From: a virus
Lineage: Duplodnaviria > Caudoviricetes
Virus record (IMG/VR): IMGVR_UViG_3300028797_000014
Coordinates: 1,951-65,950 of that record
Reading direction: 5' to 3' (one strand)
DNA length: 64,000 nt
This document shows, piece after piece, positions 57,197 to 64,000 of the stretch (the stretch's first letter is position 1; each line of letters begins with the position of its first letter). The notes beneath the pieces are model-generated. The model was given only the letters and a program-made list of their open reading frames with translations, was not told the DNA's origin and did not search any database. Made by a program: the position numbers and the translations under genes.

Positions 57197-58813
57197 ATGG
57201 CAGTTAACAAGATAACATACAGTTTCACGGGTTCTACGGCAAAGACCAAGAATCCCAATATCATGGGCTCGGCGATCTCCCGCAACATGTTCTCCGGCAC
57301 GAACGGTTCCAAGGATGACGCAAGAAGGTTTATGCAGAGCTGCCCCGGTATCAGGTTCCTGATGTCGTTAGGTGAATCCGGACAAATTGACGGTATGTAT
57401 GTCCCATCGACCGGCCTTACGGCGATGAACTACACGCCGGATTTGTTCGTGGCATATAACGGCAACATTTACCGCATAGACACTGCATACAATACGGAAA
57501 TTATCGGACAGTACGCAATCGGCAACAAGGTTGAATTCGCCGAATCCGGTGGTGAACGTGCAATCCTTATGTGGGTTGATTCCACGACTATCCGCGGTTA
57601 CGACCTCAAGAACGGTGAGGCTGTTTCCATTACCTTGCCCAAGAGAATTACCGAGGACATGTTCATCCGTCCTACCCACATCGCAGTAGTCTCCGGTTCC
57701 ATCGTCGTGAACGACCTTGGTTCCGGCTATGTCTACTATTCTATCCCATATCCGCTTTCACAAGAGAAGAGGAACGTGTTCGACATCGTGGACGGGGTAG
57801 TCCAGTATGAAGATGACGGTATTACGGTAAAGACCACGGAAGTGGATTCCGGAGACTACTGCTTCCTCGACAATTACGGCGTTCAGCAATACTTCAACGC
57901 AGAATCTTCTTCGGATAAGGTCATCGCCATTTCGTCCGTCGGTTCCCTCCTTACCTTGTTCGGACCTTCGTCTATCGAACACTGGCAGAGAGGTGATTCC
58001 GAATCTAACCAGACATGGCAGAGGGTTTCGTTCACAGTAAACAAGGAACAGGGTCTCGAGGCAAAGTATTCTCTCGCGTCCATTAACCAGACACAGTTCT
58101 GTATCGGTACGGGCAAGGCGAACGCAAAATGTATCCTTATGATTGAGGGCACCAAGGTCCAGAAGATTTCTGACGAATGGCTCGACAGGATCCTCAACGA
58201 CAACGAGGTGGTCAACACGAAGGCCTGGGCATATTCGAAGAACAACCACAGTTTCTACCTGTTCAGCGTAAACGACGAATGTTATTGCTATGACGCGACG
58301 ATGGGTGAATGGCATATTCGTTCCAGCCGTAACTACTACAATTCCAAGAACAAGAACTACATGCCGCTTTACGCCGTATGGTTCAACAACAAGATTATCA
58401 CGGGCTGTTGCGAGAACGGTAACTTGTACGTGCTCGACGAGAACTACTACCGCGAGGACTTCGACGCCGAAAAATCCCTTCCGTTGTACAGGGTAAGGCA
58501 GACGCCGGTTATTACAGCCGACTACAAGCCTTTCTGTATCTACGAACTCTCCCTCGAGACAAACGCAGGCCACATGGAATACTACAACCATGAAGCTCAA
58601 TGTATCATGCAAATCAGTAACGACGGCGGTTATACTTTCGGTAACGCTATCCTCAGTTCCCTCGGTCAGAGGGGCCAATACTGGGCAAGGCTTAAGTGGT
58701 TGAATCTGGGCATGCAGAGACAGTGCGTAATCAAGGTCGCGTTCTCGGAAGACAGTGACTTCGTTATAAGCGATTCAAATATAAGGTTCGAAATCTTAAA
58801 CACGGGTCTATAA
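57197..58813 (+). CDS. Tail hub / DNA stabilization protein (P22 gp10-like), module 2
   Basis: AESSSDKV, FG.SSIEHW, KISDEW and ISNDGG.TFG motifs. Confidence 0.82.
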   Translation: MAVNKITYSFTGSTAKTKNPNIMGSAISRNMFSGTNGSKDDARRFMQSCPGIRFLMSLGESGQIDGMYVPSTGLTAMNYTPDLFVAYNGNIYRIDTAYNTEIIGQYAIGNKVEFAESGGERAILMWVDSTTIRGYDLKNGEAVSITLPKRITEDMFIRPTHIAVVSGSIVVNDLGSGYVYYSIPYPLSQEKRNVFDIVDGVVQYEDDGITVKTTEVDSGDYCFLDNYGVQQYFNAESSSDKVIAISSVGSLLTLFGPSSIEHWQRGDSESNQTWQRVSFTVNKEQGLEAKYSLASINQTQFCIGTGKANAKCILMIEGTKVQKISDEWLDRILNDNEVVNTKAWAYSKNNHSFYLFSVNDECYCYDATMGEWHIRSSRNYYNSKNKNYMPLYAVWFNNKIITGCCENGNLYVLDENYYREDFDAEKSLPLYRVRQTPVITADYKPFCIYELSLETNAGHMEYYNHEAQCIMQISNDGGYTFGNAILSSLGQRGQYWARLKWLNLGMQRQCVIKVAFSEDSDFVISDSNIRFEILNTGL

Positions 58814-58814
58814 T

Positions 58815-59114
58815 ATGATATTGAATTACGGTTCTTCAATTAGAGAAATACTGGGAGCCCTCTCGGGGACCTGGTCGCTGTCCAAGGACGGTGACTGGCT
58901 GTGCCTCGAGCAGGGTAACCTGAAGATATTCCAGAAGCTCTGTAACAGGGGCAAGAACGTCCTGCCGGACAAATTCATGAAGAACAGGGATACGGTTACC
59001 CCGTACATGGTATTCTATTCTCACGGTATCACGGGCGGATGCATAACCCTCCAGCAGGAATATATCGAATTGGATGCAAACGGTGTCGTAATGATACTTT
59101 GCATAAAGGCATAA
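58815..59114 (+). CDS. Small tail-associated protein
   Basis: Syntenic with 8563..8853. Confidence 0.55.
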   Translation: MILNYGSSIREILGALSGTWSLSKDGDWLCLEQGNLKIFQKLCNRGKNVLPDKFMKNRDTVTPYMVFYSHGITGGCITLQQEYIELDANGVVMILCIKA

Positions 59115-59117
59115 ATA
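59110..59117 (+). promoter_or_regulatory. CATAAATA late promoter variant (ejection operon)
   Basis: CATAAATATAAGAGAA. Confidence 0.7.
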
Positions 59118-59142
59118 TAAGAGAAATTAAGAGGAGTTTACC

Positions 59143-59874
59143 ATGAGCATAGGTGACGTATTTAGTAAAGCCGGCGAGTTCCTGGATCCAGGCGACATCT
59201 GGGGGTTCCAGCAAGACGACCGTGTAAAGGCAGCGAAGGATGCCATCGACAACAGTATCGGTTACGCTAAGCAGGCCGATACGCAGAATCGTACCCTTTA
59301 TCAGGACTATATCGACCGTGTGAACAATACTTACGGTGATCAAGCCGGTAAGCTTGCCGGTTATACCGAGCAGCTTGAAGCGCTTACCCCGTATGACGCC
59401 GGTCAGTTCGACGAGTCCAAATACGGCAAGACAGTAGAGGATTTCTATTCTAAGGCTGCCAATCAGCGCGTACAGAACGCAACTAACGCGATTACTAATT
59501 CAATGGCCAACGCTGGTAACATGTTCAGCTCGGACTACACGAACGCCCTTGCCGCCAAGCAGCAGGCATTGGCTTCCGAGGAATGGGATAAAAGTTTCGA
59601 ACGCTATCAACAGGATAGAGCTAGAGCATTGAACGAATTCAGCACTAATGCCAACTTGGGTCAGCAGGCCTATTCGAACATGTACAACAAGAACAAGGAC
59701 CTTCTCGGTATGTCTCAGAATGCACAGGACAATATCATGAACGCGTTCGGTCAGTACACAACGAACCTTGCAAACCAGAACAACACTCTTGCACAGTCTC
59801 AGATGAACGCCGCCAATTCCAAGGCTCAAATCGAGAACAGCAAGAAGGGTCTGTTAGGACGTATATTCGGTTAA
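59143..59874 (+). CDS. DNA ejection/transfer protein (gp7-like)
   Basis: Homologous to 8890..9609 (K.VEDF, YQQDR/YNQDR). Confidence 0.65.
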   Translation: MSIGDVFSKAGEFLDPGDIWGFQQDDRVKAAKDAIDNSIGYAKQADTQNRTLYQDYIDRVNNTYGDQAGKLAGYTEQLEALTPYDAGQFDESKYGKTVEDFYSKAANQRVQNATNAITNSMANAGNMFSSDYTNALAAKQQALASEEWDKSFERYQQDRARALNEFSTNANLGQQAYSNMYNKNKDLLGMSQNAQDNIMNAFGQYTTNLANQNNTLAQSQMNAANSKAQIENSKKGLLGRIFG

Positions 59875-59893
59875 TTTATAAGGAGATACAATT

Positions 59894-60052
59894 ATGTTAC
59901 CAGCGCTTATGGCAGTCATCGGTGCCCTCCAGGCAAAGGCCAAGAATCAGGACGCTTCTAATCAGCAGATGAACCAGATTATGCAGCAAGGCGTGCCCCA
60001 GCAGCAACAGGTTCAGCCGTTCGGTATCAATTCTGTATTCGGGAATAACTAA
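59894..60052 (+). CDS. Small Q-rich protein, 52 aa (not in ORF track)
   Basis: RBS AAGGAG; MLPALMAVIGALQAKAKNQ...; TAATG overlap with the next gene. Confidence 0.6.
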   Translation: MLPALMAVIGALQAKAKNQDASNQQMNQIMQQGVPQQQQVQPFGINSVFGNN

Positions 60053-60576
60053 TGACACCAGTAGATCAAGTCTTTGGGCCTATGCCTCCGGTAAACGACG
60101 TATTGCCTAATAATGCGCCGAACGGATTCCTATACGACTTGGTCTATATTCCTGGTGGCAAACAGATGAATTCCCTCAGAAACAGGGCAGAGAACGAAGC
60201 GGCACTCGCACAGAGTCAACAAGAACATAACGATGCGCTTAACAGTTTCGGAAACATGCTGAATTTGCCTATACCTGTACGCGAACAGTTGGGCAAGCAA
60301 GCAGAACGCGAATTGGCGAAATGGAATCCTGCAGAGGATACGAATCCTAGACGTCGACTGTCTCCGAGCTCTTCAGTTATTTCCGAACTCAAGATTACAC
60401 CGCAGAACACAATCGCCGTAAAGTACGGTACTAATCCTAAAGAATACGAATACCGTGGTGGCAATACGATTCAGGAAGCGGCGAGGAATGTTCTCGAACT
60501 CATAAACTCTCCCTCTATCGAAGAGGCATTGAACAAGAGGATACCAGGTTCTTGGGGTTCTAGAAACAGGATTTAA
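60052..60576 (+). CDS. KTSC-like domain protein
   Basis: SSSVISEL...KEYEY...LINSPSI; counterpart of 16261..16698. Confidence 0.55.
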   Translation: MTPVDQVFGPMPPVNDVLPNNAPNGFLYDLVYIPGGKQMNSLRNRAENEAALAQSQQEHNDALNSFGNMLNLPIPVREQLGKQAERELAKWNPAEDTNPRRRLSPSSSVISELKITPQNTIAVKYGTNPKEYEYRGGNTIQEAARNVLELINSPSIEEALNKRIPGSWGSRNRI

Positions 60577-60582
60577 TAAATA
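60575..60582 (+). promoter_or_regulatory. AATAAATA late promoter variant
   Basis: ATAAATAT core before RBS and ATG 60600. Confidence 0.5.
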
Positions 60583-60599
60583 TAGGAAAGAGGTTTACA

Positions 60600-60884
60600 A
60601 TGGCATTTAACGCTAATTTCGGTGCAACAACCCAGGCTGTATTCCAGGACCCCGGTCTGTATCAGCAGATAGCCCAGAAGTCTTATCTTCCTGAGGCCAT
60701 TAAGTCGTTATGGAATATGAACGCCACCCTCCAGGATGCGGTTCAGAAGAACAGAATCGCGAACGAAATAGAGGCGGCGGAAAATGACGACAAGAACGAA
60801 CTTGAATCTTCGCTCGCTGATGATATGAAGAAATTGGAAGAACTCAAGGCACAGCTTGAGGCTCTTCAGAACGGAGGTGTATAA
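60600..60884 (+). CDS. Small coiled-coil protein, putative ejection component
   Basis: MAFN start shared with the next gene; operon context. Confidence 0.5.
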   Translation: MAFNANFGATTQAVFQDPGLYQQIAQKSYLPEAIKSLWNMNATLQDAVQKNRIANEIEAAENDDKNELESSLADDMKKLEELKAQLEALQNGGV

Positions 60885-61912
60885 TGGCATTTAATTTTAA
60901 TTGGGCTCCGCAGAGAATTCCTACAAAGTTGAAAGGACAAGCAAATCTTCCAGAAATCGAACAGCCTTTCGATTTTAACTCATACTTTACAAATCTTGTA
61001 AACCGTGAAGAAATGGACGGTTATCATCCAGCACAGAATTTTAGTGTTCCTAATCAACAGCATGGTGGTAATCCAGCAGTTAATTATGCCGGTTATTCTC
61101 CAACTACACCGATGTCAGAACAAGATGTAATTAATCAAAATCTGGCAGAACGTCAAACTGGTAATGCTGGTGATATGGCTAACTGGATTCAACAGGGTGG
61201 CACTCCGCAAGCTGATGCTGCAGCAGCTGCACAGGCACAGGCTGAACAAAGAATGAATCAGATTGCTAACCTTCAGGCGCAGATTAAAGAACTTGAAGCA
61301 AGTATCGCTGAGAAACAGGCTAAACTGCAGTCCGGTCGTATGGAGAAGATTGCGGCAATGGACGCTAGACGTCTGCTCAACAACGACCCGACATCTATGT
61401 ATAGATGGAAGAAGGGTCAGGATTACCAGAAGCAAGTCCGTGCCGAAGACATGAAGCGTATTCAGGCTGAGAAGGATAAGAACGAAGCCCGCAATAAGCT
61501 CATGAACCAGTACAAGATTGAAAGCATTCTGAAGGGTGCGATGCCGTTTAATGCTAGGTCAAGAGATGAACTCATGATGATGGAGAAGTCTCTCAATACA
61601 GCAGAAGAATTGGCTAAGCAGTATAACGATGTCGACATGCTCAAGCAAATCGACGAACGTAGAAATGCTCTGCAAGGCTATGAACCAGTGTCCGATAAGT
61701 CTAGCAGAATAGAAAGTGATTTCATCCGAGAACTCTCTATGGTTGGTAAAGTTGGAGGCAGAACGCAAGAACAATTTGTTTCTTACGTAAATGATTTGCT
61801 GAATAATAACCCGGACGTCTGGCGTTATAATCCAGGTCTGCAACAGAAACTCTACCAGGCTATCGGTAAAAATACAAAGAATGTTGGCAAACCGCAACCT
61901 CCGCAGGAGTAA
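60884..61912 (+). CDS. Putative ejection protein
   Basis: Q/A-rich helical protein. Confidence 0.5.
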   Translation: MAFNFNWAPQRIPTKLKGQANLPEIEQPFDFNSYFTNLVNREEMDGYHPAQNFSVPNQQHGGNPAVNYAGYSPTTPMSEQDVINQNLAERQTGNAGDMANWIQQGGTPQADAAAAAQAQAEQRMNQIANLQAQIKELEASIAEKQAKLQSGRMEKIAAMDARRLLNNDPTSMYRWKKGQDYQKQVRAEDMKRIQAEKDKNEARNKLMNQYKIESILKGAMPFNARSRDELMMMEKSLNTAEELAKQYNDVDMLKQIDERRNALQGYEPVSDKSSRIESDFIRELSMVGKVGGRTQEQFVSYVNDLLNNNPDVWRYNPGLQQKLYQAIGKNTKNVGKPQPPQE

Positions 61913-61914
61913 TT

Positions 61915-63759
61915 ATGTCAGTTGATTTAAAGCAATATGACGATTGGGTAATTAAGAACCAGAAGGATGTCCTTGACTGGGTTAAGAAGTACTCTACTGC
62001 GAGTTATGCTTCTGTACGTGACGCATTCCAGAATTATCATCGCGCTAATTCCAAGTGGAAGCGTATTGAAGCGTTCGAAGACATAAAGAACTCGTTGAAG
62101 AATCCTGAAGGCGTGAAGTTTACTGACCGCCTCGAAGAACGTTTCGAACCGGCCAGGGCAAACTTACAAAGACTTGCAGATAAACATACCGGTGGCGATA
62201 TAGACTCGCTCTGGACGCAATACAGTCCCAATAAGGATATGCAGACTTATGAAAGGTATAAAGACCTATATAAGTCTCTTTCCACTATTCCGGAGAAGGT
62301 TGACAAGTATGAGAATCTCGAACTAGACCGTGCCTATCAGGACCAGTATGACTACAAGGCCATGAAGGCTCTTGCTGACAAGTATAACTACGATTATACT
62401 GATCCTAAGGACCGTAAAGAATTCTTGAAGCATTTGTCTGAAATGGAATTACAGAGGCTCAAGAATGAAGCCTATACTCCAAATGATGCCGCAGGTATGC
62501 TTACACAGCTCGCCTATCCTGTTTCTTTGGAACACGCCCGTAAGACAGATGAAATTTCTGGCCCAGCAATCGCGACTGACTTGGTATCTCAGGCTGCAAT
62601 GATGGGTGCTGGTGGTGCAGCTGCTCGCGGTGCGGTTCCTGCTATTGGCGAAACAGGTGAAATCTTTGCTAACTTGGTCGCTGCTCCGATAATTACTGAA
62701 GCTGGACAGGTATTAGTCAACGATAAGGACCTTGGTGATGCTGTCAAGGATGCCGGTGTAATGGCCGGTACTAACATGCTGGCTCCTGGTATGGTTAAGG
62801 GGTATGGTGCAATGCTTACCAATCCTGTTAAGACCACGGAGAAAGCTGGAGCACAGAGACTTGTCAATAAGCTGGTAAATGAGAGTGAACAAATCAGACG
62901 CGCCCAACTTGCCCGTACTCCGTATAAGGTAATTAACTCGCATGAGAAAGAAATAAATGAAGCGGTAAATAAGGAATTCTATAAATTAGTAGATGAGTTT
63001 AGAGAGAAGTATCCTAATCACACTCATGAAGATTATATACGATTCGCTAAAGCAGCAAGGCCTAAAGTAGAGCAGAAGGTACGCGCTGAATTCGCTGACC
63101 AAATCAAGCAGGAAGAATTAGGACAGTTGGCTTCTAATAATACCGACATATACAGAAGAAATTTCTTTCTTAGAAATAAGGAATTAAATCCCAAGCAGGT
63201 TGCGGATGTCGGAAACGACGTAATGAACATTGGGCCTGAAGACCAAATGAACAGGCAATTACGCTGGAAGAAACAGACTAAAGAAACGAACAAGCAGGTT
63301 GCTGCCGATAAGAAGTTTAGACAAGACCTTGCTCGTGCTGAATTGAACTACAAGATGATCCATAACGAGCCCATAACTGCAAATGATTTGCTTCGTGCTG
63401 GTTACTCGGAAGGATTCCTCCATAGCGTATTCCGTAATCTTGGTACAGCTGGAAGTGTCGTAAAGAACCCGATAACTTCTATCGGTACAAATCTTGGTGC
63501 TACAACACGTATGACCGACAGGAAGATTGGCTCTTTAGGTCGCAACTTCAATCTCCCGTGGAAATATGGTGAAAGTCAGTCAAAGATTGACTATGATGAC
63601 CCGAGAATAAAGGCTTATATAGAGGCGTACGGTAGATATAAGGGCAACAAAGCTTACTATAGCGAACCGCCCAAACCTAAGGGCTTATCTGAAGACGAAA
63701 TCAAAGAACTTCAGAAGAAAGCGCCAACTATTTCGATTATGGATATATTCGGAAATTAA
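61915..63759 (+). CDS. Putative large ejection protein
   Basis: Central Gly/Ala hydrophobic segment; last gene of the operon. Confidence 0.5.
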   Translation: MSVDLKQYDDWVIKNQKDVLDWVKKYSTASYASVRDAFQNYHRANSKWKRIEAFEDIKNSLKNPEGVKFTDRLEERFEPARANLQRLADKHTGGDIDSLWTQYSPNKDMQTYERYKDLYKSLSTIPEKVDKYENLELDRAYQDQYDYKAMKALADKYNYDYTDPKDRKEFLKHLSEMELQRLKNEAYTPNDAAGMLTQLAYPVSLEHARKTDEISGPAIATDLVSQAAMMGAGGAAARGAVPAIGETGEIFANLVAAPIITEAGQVLVNDKDLGDAVKDAGVMAGTNMLAPGMVKGYGAMLTNPVKTTEKAGAQRLVNKLVNESEQIRRAQLARTPYKVINSHEKEINEAVNKEFYKLVDEFREKYPNHTHEDYIRFAKAARPKVEQKVRAEFADQIKQEELGQLASNNTDIYRRNFFLRNKELNPKQVADVGNDVMNIGPEDQMNRQLRWKKQTKETNKQVAADKKFRQDLARAELNYKMIHNEPITANDLLRAGYSEGFLHSVFRNLGTAGSVVKNPITSIGTNLGATTRMTDRKIGSLGRNFNLPWKYGESQSKIDYDDPRIKAYIEAYGRYKGNKAYYSEPPKPKGLSEDEIKELQKKAPTISIMDIFGN

Positions 63760-63761
63760 AT

Positions 63762-63785
63762 AAAGAGGGTCATTTGACCCTCTTT
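63762..63785. terminator. Bidirectional terminator at the right end of module 2
   Basis: AAAGAGGGTCA-TT-TGACCCTCTTT. Confidence 0.85.
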
Positions 63786-63788
63786 CTA

Positions 63789-63992
63789 TTATGCCTTGGA
63801 GGCTATGATCTTGTCGATACGGTTCTGTATGCGCTTCAGGCCTATCCTCTGGCCGCCGTAGACGTGCCAGTCCCTCCTGTCCTCCAGGTTGCGTATCTTC
63901 ACGCTCGTGCCCTCGCAGTTGCGGCCGTTCCTGAATATCGTGCAGTTGGTAGCCTCGTACCAGTAGTTCCTATATGTACCGACCTTAATCAT
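63789..63992 (-). CDS. Early basic protein 'X', copy 2 (67 aa)
   Basis: Identical protein to 29450..29656 except the last residues (KA versus KEE). Confidence 0.75.
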   Translation of the reverse strand: MIKVGTYRNYWYEATNCTIFRNGRNCEGTSVKIRNLEDRRDWHVYGGQRIGLKRIQNRIDKIIASKA

Positions 63993-64000
63993 GGTTTGTC
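63799..64000 (+). repeat. Direct repeat copy 2 (runs to the window edge)
   Basis: Matches 29463..29664. Confidence 0.95.

Noticed and set aside
5843-59829. Many long antisense ORFs (for example 5843..6772, 12788..13861, 14528..16042, 18271..19338, 38913..40070, 55055..55906)
   Set aside because: They are shadow frames of real genes caused by biased third-position usage; they lack RBSs and motifs and have abnormal V/R/L-rich composition.
63799-64000. Exact terminal repeat or circular-assembly overlap
   Set aside because: The copies differ by synonymous substitutions and have different 3' ends and terminators, so they are distinct gene copies.
1-64000. Integrase, att sites, repressor, anti-phage defence or host genes; alternative genetic code
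   Set aside because: No supporting motifs were recognised, and major genes are intact in the standard code apart from the single terL break.

Overview
The whole window is phage DNA, with no host chromosomal genes. It holds two complete but divergent P22-like (podovirus-type) virion morphogenesis modules in tandem. Module 1 (about 1-29,430) and module 2 (about 35,990-63,780) each encode a small and large terminase, portal, scaffold, P22-type coat protein, head-tail adaptor, gp10-like tail hub, DNA-ejection proteins, tailspike and fibre proteins, a KTSC-domain protein, a glycosyltransferase and a T4 gp55-like late sigma factor. Between them is a leftward replication cluster: SF3 helicase, an iteron-like origin, family A DNA polymerase, an SSB-like protein and a DUF4422 protein. 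A near-identical 67-68 aa gene lies just right of each module (29,450 and 63,789), as expected for a cointegrate of two circles or an assembly join. The main observation is regulatory. Module 1 transcription units start with CTAATTATT(A) and module 2 units start with the T4 late consensus TATAAATA. However, the module 1 sigma gene is preceded by TATAAATA and the module 2 sigma operon by CTAATTATTA, so the modules look cross-wired. Other points: four tRNAs including a short-arm tRNA with an AAG anticodon, a 7-nt disruption in the Walker A motif of the module 2 large terminase, a stand-alone NrdD-like glycyl-radical peptide and a tail-tip cassette array. A FISUMP domain and the NrdD-like peptide hint at an anaerobic Fibrobacterota/Bacteroidota-type host (inference). 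All family assignments come from motifs recognised by eye; no database searches were run.
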